A stretch of 41,106 nucleotides of DNA from the NCBI GenBank assembly GCA_035406685.1, contig DAONLM010000001.1, forward strand, positions 1-41,106, written 5' to 3'. The notes under the pieces were generated by a model. The model was not told the DNA's origin. It did no database searches and worked only from the letters and a program-made list of their open reading frames with translations. The stretch's first letter is position 1, and each line of letters starts with the position of its first letter. The stretch is from Spirochaetota bacterium (GTDB lineage Bacteria > Spirochaetota > GWE2-31-10 > MWDO01). Shown here piece by piece: positions 1-8,798 of the stretch. The translations under genes and the position numbers were made by a program.

Positions 1-437
1 AGAATATTTCTCTATCAAAATTGATCTGTTATGTATTGCAAAAGTTTTCTGATAGGATCAAAAAAAGATACTGTTTCGGACATGAAGATGGAAATTTTTA
101 CGAAAGAATAGATGCAGATGACTCTATTCATTTTTATTTGCCAAAGGAAGATTATAGGTTTTTAAAGAAAATTCATGCTGACTTGAATTTTTTTAGCATG
201 GCAAAATTGTTGAGAGCAATTCTTGAGATATTCATTGAGGAATATGAGAGAATAGGAATGCTTGGATTTGAGAAGAAATGCAGTCTTGTGACATTGAGGT
301 TATGGGTGAAATTGACAGGGGTAAAGAGGTGGTGGAAGAGTAGAGAATTGTCCCACTTTAAAGGGAATTTCACCCCATTTTATAAAGCAATCTACAACGA
401 TTGCTATCAAGTAATAGGCTTTGAGACCTATTATTGA
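1..437 (+). CDS. Tandem ribbon-helix-helix-like small protein, family copy A (N-terminus runs off the window start)
   Basis: The frame stays open back to base 3. The upstream residues ..NISLSKLICYVLQ.. align to LSLSKLVVYILQ of copy D. About three quarters of residues match 30739..31278 by eye. It ends CYQVIGFETYY* like copies D and E. Confidence 0.8.
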   Translation, partial: NISLSKLICYVLQKFSDRIKKRYCFGHEDGNFYERIDADDSIHFYLPKEDYRFLKKIHADLNFFSMAKLLRAILEIFIEEYERIGMLGFEKKCSLVTLRLWVKLTGVKRWWKSRELSHFKGNFTPFYKAIYNDCYQVIGFETYY

Positions 438-532
438 CGGAATTTATTTTAAATTCTACTTGAAAAATAAATAACACTATTACAATCTTTTCTCAAACGA
501 AATTAATGATAGGATAAATCTATCTTTTTATC

Positions 533-555
533 TGCCTAAAAATAAAATCGCATCC
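533..555. repeat. Right terminal inverted repeat (IR-R) of cassette copy A
   Basis: TGCCTAAAAATAAAATCGCATCC is the reverse complement of the left-end repeat GGATG-ATTTTATTTTTAGGCA seen at 6005..6026. The same end motif follows copies B, D and E. Confidence 0.7.
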
Positions 556-687
556 TCAATAATTATAAATTTTCGTCTATTTTTTTCAGAAAATTCTTTA
601 TAACTTTATTAGAAGAAATGATATTTTCACACTTTAAAATAAAAAAATATATAAAAGTAAAAAAAGTATATATAAGTTATAAAACCT

Positions 688-716
688 TTGACAACAGAAT
701 AATTTTTAAGTATATT
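688..716 (+). promoter_or_regulatory. Sigma70-type promoter upstream of secA
   Basis: TTGACA (688..693), a 17-nt spacer, then TATATT (711..716). It lies about 35 nt upstream of the secA ATG. Confidence 0.55.
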
Positions 717-750
717 TTTAAATATATTTTTAAAAATAGCAGGGAATGAT

Positions 751-3591
751 ATGAGGATATTAGAGAAAATATTTGGTTCTCAGAACGAGAGATATTTAAA
801 AAAGATTGCCCCATTAGTTGATAAAATAAATAAATTTGAAGCAAGTATAAAACATTTGTCGGATAATCAGTTAAGAGAAAAAACATTGGAATTTAAAAAG
901 AGATTAAAAAATGGGGAGACATTAGATGATCTATTGCCAGAGGCATTTGCCTGTGTTAGAGAGGCAGCATGGCGAACCTTAGGTCAGAGGCATTATGATG
1001 TTCAGATGATAGGTGCTATTGCATTACATCAAGGTAAGATTGCAGAAATGAAAACTGGTGAGGGTAAAACTCTTGCTGCTACACCGGCTATATACCTTAA
1101 TGCTCTTACCGGTAAAGGAGTTCATGTTGTAACTGTTAACGATTATCTTGCAAAAAGAGATGCAGAGTGGATGGGACCTATTTATAAGATGCTTGGTCTT
1201 ACAGTAGGGGTAATTGTGAGTGATATGGAAAATGATGAGAGAAGAGAAAACTACGCAAGAGATATTACTTATGGAACAAATAATGAATTTGGATTTGATT
1301 ATTTAAGAGATAATATGGTTTTTGATAAGGCATATAAGGTTCAGAGAGGTTTTCATTATTGTATTGTGGATGAGGTTGATTCAGTCTTAATAGACGAGGC
1401 AAGAACTCCTTTGATCATATCAGGGGCAGCAGAGAACGATGTTAGACATATTATAAATGCCAAAAAGTTGGTTCCATTTTTTAAAGAATGTGAAAAAAAC
1501 CCGGATGGTAGATATCCAGATGAGGCTGATCCATTTAATCCTCAAAAACCAGTAGGGGATTTTAAGATTGATGAAAAGTCTAAAAATATTACATTTACAG
1601 ACGATGGGATGAATAAGGCTGAAAAATTATTGAAAGAGAGAAACATAATAAGAGGATCTCTTTATGACCAGGAAAATTTTGAATATATTCATTATCTTAC
1701 TCAGGCTTTAAGGGCTCATTATCTTTTTCATAATGATGTTGATTACATTGTAAAGGATAATGAGGTTTTGATAATAGATGAACATACTGGAAGAATATTG
1801 CCGGGGAGAAGATATTCTGATGGTCTTCATCAGGCAATAGAGGCAAAAGAGAATATTACTGTTCAGAGAAGATCTAAGACTTATGCATCAATTACATTTC
1901 AGAACTTTTTTAGAATGTATGAGAAACTTGCCGGTATGACTGGAACAGCAGATACAGAGGCAGCGGAGTTTAAGAATATTTATAATCTTGATGTTGTAGT
2001 TATTCCTACAAATGTACCAGTTATAAGAATCGATCATTCCGATAGAGTATATTATAATTTTAAGGAAAAGGCAAATGCCATACTCGAAGAGGTTAAAAGA
2101 GTTCATAAAAAAGGCCAGCCAATTTTGATTGGGACAATCAGTGTTGAAAAATCTGAGATTTTTAGTAATATGCTTAAAAAGGCAAATATAAGACATAATG
2201 TCCTCAATGCTAAAAATCATGCAAGAGAGGCAGAGATAATTGCTGAGGCTGGTAGAGTTGGCGCTGTTACAATAGCGACAAATATGGCCGGTAGAGGAAC
2301 TGATATTAAATTGGGTGGAGAGAGAAGATATGATGAAATGTTTGAAGAGATTTTACAGATGGATGAGATAAGTGAAGGGGATAAGGCTATTTTACTTGAT
2401 TTTAAAGAATTTATTGATAAGATGAAACTTGATGAGGCTGAAAAACTCATAGAAAAACTGGATCCAGTTGCAAAAAGAGAGGCAAAGTCAATATTGAATT
2501 CTGCTTATGAATGGAAAGAGGAGAATAAAAGAGTAAAAGAACTTGGTGGACTTTTTGTATTAGGAACAGAAAGGCATGAGGCAAGAAGAATAGACAATCA
2601 GTTGAGAGGTAGATCTGGAAGACAGGGTGATCCTGGCGAGAGTAGATTTTATATATCACTTGAAGATGATTTGATGAGACTGTTTGGTGGTGAAAGAATC
2701 CAGAAGATGATGGCTGGGTTTGGGATGACTGGTGGAGAACCGATAGAACATCCATGGATTACTGGAACAATTGAAAAGGCACAAAAAAGAGTAGAAACAA
2801 GAAACTTTGAGATAAGAAAGCATTTACTCGAATATGATGATGTTTTAAATAATCAGAGAAAGTTTATATATGAAAGAAGAGATGAGATTCTTGAGGATGA
2901 AAATATAATAAAAAGAGTTTTGACAACAACAGAGGAGATACTGGAAGATATAATTGATGATTATACTGAAAACTTTAAGAGGAAAGGTGAACAGGCAATT
3001 GTTGATTTAATAAAAAGTATTAAAGAGACATTTTTTGTAGATATTACAAATATCGTTAAGAATCATAAATCTGATCCGGTTATTTTAAAAGATGAGATTT
3101 TTAATATTTTGAAAAAAGAACTTGAAGAAAAAGATAGAATACTTGGTCATAAAGATCTAAATGAAAGATTAAGAGGTCTATATCTCTATTTGATTGATAA
3201 ATACTGGCAGGAGCATCTTGAGAATATGGAGCAGTTAAGAGAGGCCGTATATTTAAGAGCATATTCTCAAAAAAATCCTTTAATCGAATATAAAATAGAA
3301 GGCTCAAATATGTTTGAGGATTTGATAGGGAAGATAAAAGAGAATGTTGTTTTTCAGATATTTAAAATAAAGATAGAGACTGTAACGATGTTTAATGCTC
3401 CTACTACCTCATTGACAACATCTCATGATAGTATTAGTGGTTTTGCTTTTGGCGGAGATAATAGGCAGAAATCTCAAGAAGTGGTTGATATGAAGATATC
3501 TACGACAATTGTCAATAAGGCAAAGATAGGCAGAAATGAGCCATGTCCTTGTGGAAGTGGGAAGAAATATAAACATTGCTGTGGTAGATAG
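751..3591 (+). CDS. secA: Preprotein translocase ATPase SecA
   Basis: 946 aa. It carries MKTGEGKTLAATPAIYLNAL (Walker A), VTVNDYLAKRDAEWMG, TERHEARRIDNQLRGRSGRQGDPG and the C-terminal zinc finger CPCGSGKKYKHCCG. Confidence 0.97.
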   Translation: MRILEKIFGSQNERYLKKIAPLVDKINKFEASIKHLSDNQLREKTLEFKKRLKNGETLDDLLPEAFACVREAAWRTLGQRHYDVQMIGAIALHQGKIAEMKTGEGKTLAATPAIYLNALTGKGVHVVTVNDYLAKRDAEWMGPIYKMLGLTVGVIVSDMENDERRENYARDITYGTNNEFGFDYLRDNMVFDKAYKVQRGFHYCIVDEVDSVLIDEARTPLIISGAAENDVRHIINAKKLVPFFKECEKNPDGRYPDEADPFNPQKPVGDFKIDEKSKNITFTDDGMNKAEKLLKERNIIRGSLYDQENFEYIHYLTQALRAHYLFHNDVDYIVKDNEVLIIDEHTGRILPGRRYSDGLHQAIEAKENITVQRRSKTYASITFQNFFRMYEKLAGMTGTADTEAAEFKNIYNLDVVVIPTNVPVIRIDHSDRVYYNFKEKANAILEEVKRVHKKGQPILIGTISVEKSEIFSNMLKKANIRHNVLNAKNHAREAEIIAEAGRVGAVTIATNMAGRGTDIKLGGERRYDEMFEEILQMDEISEGDKAILLDFKEFIDKMKLDEAEKLIEKLDPVAKREAKSILNSAYEWKEENKRVKELGGLFVLGTERHEARRIDNQLRGRSGRQGDPGESRFYISLEDDLMRLFGGERIQKMMAGFGMTGGEPIEHPWITGTIEKAQKRVETRNFEIRKHLLEYDDVLNNQRKFIYERRDEILEDENIIKRVLTTTEEILEDIIDDYTENFKRKGEQAIVDLIKSIKETFFVDITNIVKNHKSDPVILKDEIFNILKKELEEKDRILGHKDLNERLRGLYLYLIDKYWQEHLENMEQLREAVYLRAYSQKNPLIEYKIEGSNMFEDLIGKIKENVVFQIFKIKIETVTMFNAPTTSLTTSHDSISGFAFGGDNRQKSQEVVDMKISTTIVNKAKIGRNEPCPCGSGKKYKHCCGR

Positions 3592-3644
3592 AATTTTTAG
3601 ATATTTATAAGTTATTAAAAGATATTTTTATCAAGGAAATTTTT

Positions 3645-4316
3645 ATGAAGAAAGGATCAATTATAATTTTAATTTATTTTATTTTTTCTCTATTTTTTGC
3701 ATTTAGTAAGGATAACTCATCTGATATTTTATTAAATGACAAAGTTGAAAATCTGGATTTTTTGACTGAGTTAGAGATTGAAGTTGTAAAAGAATTAAAT
3801 CTTGCAAGAACAAATCCAAAACAGTATGCAGAATATCTTAAAGAATACAAAAAGTATTATAATGGTAATTATTTACAATTCCCAAATAAGATAAGAATAA
3901 TTACTAATGAAGGTATTAGGGCAGTGGATGAGGCAATCAATGAACTATTATCTTATACTCCTATGCAACCACTAAAAATTTCTAAAGGGATGTCGCTTGC
4001 GGCAAAAGATCATGTTAATGATCAGGGAACAAAAGGATCGCTTGGTCATACTGGAAGTGATGGCAGTTCTCCATTTGTCAGAATGAATAGATATGGCAAA
4101 TGGGATGTAACTGCTGGAGAGAATATTGACTATGGCAATGATGTTGCAAGATATATTGTATTTTCTTGGATAATAGACGATGGAGTTTCTGGTAGGGGTC
4201 ATAGAAAAAATATTTTTAATAAGAATTTCAATATTGTTGGAGTTGCTTTTGGTTCTCATAAAATATATGGGTATATGTGTGTAATGACTTTTGCAGGGAA
4301 ATATACAGAAAAATAG
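3645..4316 (+). CDS. Secreted CAP/SCP (YkwD-like) domain protein
   Basis: It has an N-terminal hydrophobic signal sequence. The motifs ELNLARTNP, GHTGSDGSSPFVRMNRYG, GENIDYG and GHRKNIF are typical of bacterial CAP/PR-1 domain proteins. Confidence 0.65.
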   Translation: MKKGSIIILIYFIFSLFFAFSKDNSSDILLNDKVENLDFLTELEIEVVKELNLARTNPKQYAEYLKEYKKYYNGNYLQFPNKIRIITNEGIRAVDEAINELLSYTPMQPLKISKGMSLAAKDHVNDQGTKGSLGHTGSDGSSPFVRMNRYGKWDVTAGENIDYGNDVARYIVFSWIIDDGVSGRGHRKNIFNKNFNIVGVAFGSHKIYGYMCVMTFAGKYTEK

Positions 4317-4368
4317 AAAGTTAATCTCCAGCATAGTTTATTATTTTTAATAGTTCAGACAAAATTTT

Positions 4369-5859
4369 CTATTTTTTGAAAGATTCGTAGAGTTCTAATA
4401 CTAGTTTATTAAAATAAGAAAAATCGTTTAAGCCTAAATCCATTAATATATTTTTATTTATTGTATTATAGATTTGCTCAATACTATTTTCTTTGTGTGA
4501 TATTATATTTGCTACATAGATAATACTTACAAATTTTTTGTAGTCTTTGTTACTCTGCCATGGTTTATGATGAAATTCAATAGCATCTATTAATTTTTCT
4601 GGGAAATTCCATTTTTGAGCAAGAAGTGCTCCTACCATTGAATGATTATAACCAGATGTTATCTCTTCTATAATTCTTACTGGGATACCTTTTTCGTGAC
4701 ACAAAAGATTGATTTTATTAATTAGCGAAGGATTTAAACCGAGTAGTACTATTTTCCCAAAGTCATGAAGTATTCCGCCGATATAGCAATCTTCTAATTC
4801 TTCTTTAAGGCCTAATTTTTTTGCAATGTGAAATGCATTAAAAGCAACCATATACGAATGATTCAGTATATCTTTCATTTTATTTATATCATATCTTTGT
4901 GATAAGATTTTATTTGTTTGATATGAGTATATGATATTCCTAAGACCTTTTAATCCTATTAATTTAATAGCCTCAAGTAAAGACGAGATTTTTCTTGGTA
5001 GCATAAATAGAGCTGAGTTTGAAAATTTTAATATATCCCCTGTTAAAGTTGGATCCTTAGAGATAATTAAAGAGATATCTTTTATATCTACATCTGGATT
5101 ATTTAATTTTTCTTGAAGTTTTATAATATTTTCTGGAAAATGTGGTATATCATTTATCTCTTTTATTATTAGCTCATTTACAATTGTCGTATGCTCTTCT
5201 GTTATTAAAGAGATAGGTATACTTATAGAAGTGATTGTGCTAGAATCATCAAAATTTAAAGAATAAGCATCAGCATCGAGTCCTAACTTTTTCAACATAA
5301 GAATTGAAATTATTATGCCAAGGCCAGCGCCTTCTTCACTCTGAAATATAGTAGAGAATGCTTCATCTATTGTTTTAAATTCTTTTGCTTTATCTTTTTT
5401 TTCATTTATAATGTGTATTTCATGTTCAAGTATTTTCACATTATTTTTTACAGAAATAATAAATCTATCATCTTTTATTACTAATAAAGTATGAATATGA
5501 TATCCCATCTCTTTTTGTAATTTTGAATATTCTTCTAAATTTGACATTATATTATTTTTAAAGTTTTTAATTCCTCTATTGTATTCTTCAATATTATTAT
5601 AATTTATGTTATTTTTCTCAAAATATATTCTTTTAACATTTGCTTTTATTGCATTCATCAACATCTCTTTGTAACAATATGATATAAAATCAAAAATATT
5701 ATCTTTTCCTATTGAATCTAAGAATACATTTATTATACTATTCATTTTTTGGATTTGAGTAATAGAAAGAGATGTAGTATCAATAACTAATTCATTTCCA
5801 TTGTTTATACAATTTTTAATTATCTCTTCTGTTACTTCATCTATACCATAAATATTCAT
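4369..5859 (-). CDS. HDOD-domain signalling protein with an N-terminal histidine-kinase-like ATPase module
   Basis: The C-terminal half carries HDOD-type motifs (LISKDPTLTGDILKFSNSALF, EAIKLIGL, GGILHDFGKIVL). The N-terminal half has NAIKAN and EEGAGLGI, resembling the N and G boxes of GHKL ATPases. Confidence 0.6.
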   Translation of the reverse strand: MNIYGIDEVTEEIIKNCINNGNELVIDTTSLSITQIQKMNSIINVFLDSIGKDNIFDFISYCYKEMLMNAIKANVKRIYFEKNNINYNNIEEYNRGIKNFKNNIMSNLEEYSKLQKEMGYHIHTLLVIKDDRFIISVKNNVKILEHEIHIINEKKDKAKEFKTIDEAFSTIFQSEEGAGLGIIISILMLKKLGLDADAYSLNFDDSSTITSISIPISLITEEHTTIVNELIIKEINDIPHFPENIIKLQEKLNNPDVDIKDISLIISKDPTLTGDILKFSNSALFMLPRKISSLLEAIKLIGLKGLRNIIYSYQTNKILSQRYDINKMKDILNHSYMVAFNAFHIAKKLGLKEELEDCYIGGILHDFGKIVLLGLNPSLINKINLLCHEKGIPVRIIEEITSGYNHSMVGALLAQKWNFPEKLIDAIEFHHKPWQSNKDYKKFVSIIYVANIISHKENSIEQIYNTINKNILMDLGLNDFSYFNKLVLELYESFKK

Positions 5860-5901
5860 ACCTTATCCTTGAAGAAGATTCATAATCTTATATTTAAAAA
5901 G

Positions 5902-5930
5902 ATTATAGTATAAAAAAAGAAAATTTTCAA
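5902..5930 (-). promoter_or_regulatory. Sigma70-type promoter for the HDOD gene (minus strand)
   Basis: On the minus strand: TTGAAA (5930..5925), 17 nt, TATAAT (5907..5902). It is about 45 nt upstream of the start codon at 5859. Confidence 0.5.
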
Positions 5931-6008
5931 GAAAATAGTTTATAAGATTTTGAGAAAAATAAGATTTTTTATTTAGAATTAAATATTATTTAATTTATAT
6001 TCAAGGAT

Positions 6009-6720
6009 GATTTTATTTTTAGGCAATTTTTTTATTTTTTTTCTTAAATTTTGTAAAGGATTTTCTCAAAAATTTTGTGATTAATATATAGAAATATTTT
6101 TTAACAGGAGGTATAAGTTATGCAAGAGTTTGACTTTGTAGTTAATGAAGATCTTTTTAAAAAAATTAAAAATTTAAAGGAGAAGAGAGGAGGATATCTT
6201 TCTCTTATTGTAAGAGATATAATCTTATTGATGCTTCCAGTATTAAAAAAGAAGCATCTTTTTGAAAAAAGACGGGATAAAGATTATAGATTTATAAATG
6301 CCACTCACAGGATTAGAATCTATATTCCAGAAGAGATTTATAATGAATTAAAACTGGTGCATGATCAGTTAAATTCATTCAGTATGGCAATTCTTGTTAG
6401 AGAATTGCTGGAAGTATATTTTGCTGGAATTGAAATAGAAGGTGAAGAGGAGTTTATAAAAAGTATACAAAAATTAGAAAGAGAGATTGAAAATTTAAAA
6501 GCAAGTAAGGCTGTGGTAGTGAAGATTGGTTCCCAAGATATCCCATGCTCGATAGACACTAACGACTATTTTTTACTCAAATTTAGCTCAAAATTTTGCC
6601 TGAAAGAGATAAAATTTTTATAAAAGTTAAAATTTACCCAACATTTTTATATTCTTTCAACTTTCTCTTTAACTATACATTAGACTAAGTTTGCTCTTTT
6701 TGTTGTCTAAAAATAAAATC
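6009..6720 (+). mobile_element. Complete IR-bounded RHH cassette, copy B (candidate non-autonomous mobile or modular regulatory unit)
   Basis: IR-L GATTTTATTTTTAGGCAA (6009..6026) and IR-R TTGTCTAAAAATAAAATC (6703..6720) match at 17/18 positions as inverted repeats. Between them lie a conserved 97-nt 5' module, one ORF and a 3' tail. No transposase is present. Confidence 0.55.
6120..6623 (+). CDS. Tandem ribbon-helix-helix-like small protein, family copy B (divergent subfamily)
   Basis: AGGAGG lies 7 nt upstream of the ATG. It has two beta-helix-helix modules (FDFVV-NEDLFKKIKNLKEKRG-YLSLIVRDIILLML and IRIYI-PEEIYNELKLVHDQLN-SFSMAILVRELLEVYF). It is colinear with copies A, C, D and E. Confidence 0.75.
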   Translation: MQEFDFVVNEDLFKKIKNLKEKRGGYLSLIVRDIILLMLPVLKKKHLFEKRRDKDYRFINATHRIRIYIPEEIYNELKLVHDQLNSFSMAILVRELLEVYFAGIEIEGEEEFIKSIQKLEREIENLKASKAVVVKIGSQDIPCSIDTNDYFLLKFSSKFCLKEIKFL

Positions 6721-6753
6721 TCTCCTTAACTTTTTTTTCTTATGTAATATTTT

Positions 6754-6782
6754 TTGACAAAAAAAATTCTTTATAGTATATT
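6754..6782 (+). promoter_or_regulatory. Sigma70-type promoter for the 6839..10704 operon
   Basis: TTGACA (6754..6759), 17 nt, TATATT (6777..6782). It begins 34 nt after the IR-R of cassette B. Confidence 0.55.
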
Positions 6783-6838
6783 AATAGTATATAAACTAAT
6801 ATGAATAATAGTATTATCCAATAAATATTCTTGAGAAA

Positions 6839-7729
6839 TTGGGTCGGACAATATTTATGAAGAAATTTATAAAAAATTTATTCTGGGGATTTTTGCCTAA
6901 AAGGGTCTATGGTTTAATTGGGCCTCCTGGCACGGGAAAGAGTTTTAGAGCATTTCTTATTGCTGACAAATATAAGATAGAATTTATTATAGATGACGGT
7001 TTGCTCATTAAAGGACAAAAAATAATTGCGGGCAAATCTGCAAAAAAAGAACAATATCATGTTGCTGCTGTTAAAAGAGCGATTTTTCATGAGAGTAAAC
7101 ATGCAAGAGAGGTTAGAAAGACTTTGTGGAGAGAAAAATTTACAAGTGTTTTAATACTTGCTACCTCAGAAAATATGTTGAATAAAATTATAAAAAGACT
7201 TCATCTGCCCAAGGCATATAAAATAATAAAAATTGAGGATATTGCCACAGAAGAGGAGATAAGGCTTGCTCAAAAAAATAGGCTTAAGTATGGTAAACAT
7301 GTTATGCCGATACCTTTAATGGAGGTAAAGAAGATATACCCAAATATTGTCCTACATGCGATTCATATGTTTGTTGATGAGCCAAAGGGATTTTTTTTTA
7401 AGAAAAAGAGGAAAAAATTAATAGAAAAGACCATAGTAAGACCAAATTTTGGAACAAATGGAAATATCTCGATTTCTGAAACAGCACTCCTTCAAATGGT
7501 AAGTCACTGTATAGCAGAATATTCTAAAAGTATAAAATTATTAAAAGTCTCTATTATTGAATCAGAAGATGGCTTTTCTTTAAAATTAGATGTCGCAGTT
7601 GATTATATGACAAGTACACCAGATACAATAAAAAATATTCAGGATATTGTAAAAAATAAGATAGAGGAATTTACTGGTATTCCGATATTAAAGGTCGATA
7701 TTAACATTGTAGAAACATATTTTGATTAA
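6839..7729 (+). CDS. P-loop NTPase fused to a C-terminal Asp23/Gls24-like domain
   Basis: The N-terminus has the Walker A motif GLIGPPGTGKS. The C-terminal ~90 aa (ISISETALLQMVSHCIAEY..LKLDVAVDY..IQDIVKNKIEEFTGI..VDINIVE) follows the Asp23 alkaline-shock pattern. The start is ambiguous: TTG at 6839 or ATG at 6857. Confidence 0.55.
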   Translation: MGRTIFMKKFIKNLFWGFLPKRVYGLIGPPGTGKSFRAFLIADKYKIEFIIDDGLLIKGQKIIAGKSAKKEQYHVAAVKRAIFHESKHAREVRKTLWREKFTSVLILATSENMLNKIIKRLHLPKAYKIIKIEDIATEEEIRLAQKNRLKYGKHVMPIPLMEVKKIYPNIVLHAIHMFVDEPKGFFFKKKRKKLIEKTIVRPNFGTNGNISISETALLQMVSHCIAEYSKSIKLLKVSIIESEDGFSLKLDVAVDYMTSTPDTIKNIQDIVKNKIEEFTGIPILKVDINIVETYFD

Positions 7730-8372
7730 AAGGATTCTTATGCCAAATGTATTTTTTGATAATTTAAAATGGATGATCTGGAATATATTTCTATCAAGTA
7801 TCTCAATGATTATATCTTTATTTCTTTTTAGAAAGAATATTTGGGAGAAAAAGGGGTTTTTTTTGAAATTATTACTTGTTTTTTTATTTTTAGCATACTA
7901 TTTCTTTCTGCCAAATGCCCCTTATGTATTAACAGATGTGATCCATCTTGTAAGACAGATTAAAGATTACAGATATTTTGGATTATCGGATAGTAGCATA
8001 ATAGTATATTTAATACCTCAATATCTGATTTTTATATTTATTGGTTTTAGTATGTATGTGATTGCCTTTCAAAAACTTATACATTGTATGTATGAATTTA
8101 AAATAAGCCCATTATTTATATGGTTATTAAAAATATTCAATCCATTTTTAATGGCTATTGGAATATTTTTAGGTAGATATTATAGATTTAATACATGGGA
8201 TATAATTTCAAGATACGATGCAATTATTTCATCCACTATAAAGGGTTTTACAAATTTCTATTTCTTTATGTTTATTGTAATAATTACTTTTGTTATATTT
8301 TTAGGATTTGAAATACTCTCTATATTCTATAAATCAATATTTAAGAATTTGTTTAATCTGAAAGAGAGTTAG
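7722..8372 (+). CDS. DUF1361-like polytopic membrane protein
   Basis: There are about six hydrophobic segments. The motifs LPNAPYVLTDVIHL and GRYYRFNTWDI match my recollection of DUF1361. An 8-nt overlap with the upstream gene suggests translational coupling. Confidence 0.5.
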   Translation: MIKRILMPNVFFDNLKWMIWNIFLSSISMIISLFLFRKNIWEKKGFFLKLLLVFLFLAYYFFLPNAPYVLTDVIHLVRQIKDYRYFGLSDSSIIVYLIPQYLIFIFIGFSMYVIAFQKLIHCMYEFKISPLFIWLLKIFNPFLMAIGIFLGRYYRFNTWDIISRYDAIISSTIKGFTNFYFFMFIVIITFVIFLGFEILSIFYKSIFKNLFNLKES

Positions 8373-8414
8373 AGTAAGGGAGTATAAAAATTTTAAATAA
8401 AAAAGGAGGTAAAA

Positions 8415-8789
8415 ATGGCGAAAAATTTTTTTACTGAAGAGACAAGTAAATTTTCAAAAAATGATTCATGCGAGACTGAAAAGAATGCTAAAATAGATGT
8501 TAAGAAAGGGATACCAAGATTAATAGTAAATGGGCAGAGTAAGGAGTTATCAAATAAGGCTTTTGGAATAGGTAGAGATAAAAGCAATCAATTAATAATT
8601 GCTGATCCAACTGTTTCAAAATTTCATGCAATAATTACATTTGAGAATGGAAATGCTTATATTAAAGATACAGATAGTTCTAATGGTACTTTTATAAATG
8701 ATAAACAGATACCACCTGGTAAAAAGATTTTATTACATAATAACGATAGGATAAAAATGGGAAGAACGGTTATAGTTTTTCAGATATAA
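8415..8789 (+). CDS. FHA domain protein
   Basis: GGAGG lies upstream of the ATG. The motifs FGIGRDKSNQLIIADPTVSKFHA..NGNAYIKDTDSSNGTFIN..L.NNDRIKMG are a canonical FHA signature. Confidence 0.8.
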   Translation: MAKNFFTEETSKFSKNDSCETEKNAKIDVKKGIPRLIVNGQSKELSNKAFGIGRDKSNQLIIADPTVSKFHAIITFENGNAYIKDTDSSNGTFINDKQIPPGKKILLHNNDRIKMGRTVIVFQI

Positions 8790-8798
8790 AGATTTAAT

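Noticed and set aside
173-373. Antisense or shadow ORFs inside the RHH-family genes (173..373, 6365..6559, 21851..22102, 31014..31214, 31034..31282, 40720..40956, 40842..41063)
   Set aside because: They lie opposite or out of frame to ORFs that are conserved as proteins across five paralogues. They recur only because the underlying DNA is repeated. They have no RBS or start context and no recognisable motifs.
1888-2755. Minus-strand ORFs inside secA (1888..2220, 2217..2450, 2447..2755, 3101..3307), and similar shadow ORFs inside murA, the surface protein gene, glnN, moaA, rplT and others
   Set aside because: They fall entirely within confidently identified genes on the other strand. They are typical low-complexity shadow frames of AT-rich, purine-skewed coding DNA.
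5950-5980. AAGATTTTTTATTTAGAA upstream of cassette B as a second, outer IR-L or direct-repeat copy (by analogy with the 27-nt direct repeats of copy D)
   Set aside because: The similarity is weak and gapped, and no matching partner lies on the right side of cassette B. I mention it only as a possibility.
6009-6720. Interpreting the RHH cassettes as conventional insertion sequences or MITEs
   Set aside because: No transposase-like ORF is present, so they are not IS elements. At 0.7-0.8 kb with an intact conserved gene, they are not classic MITEs either. I could not identify clean short target-site duplications. I therefore report them only as candidate non-autonomous or modular elements.
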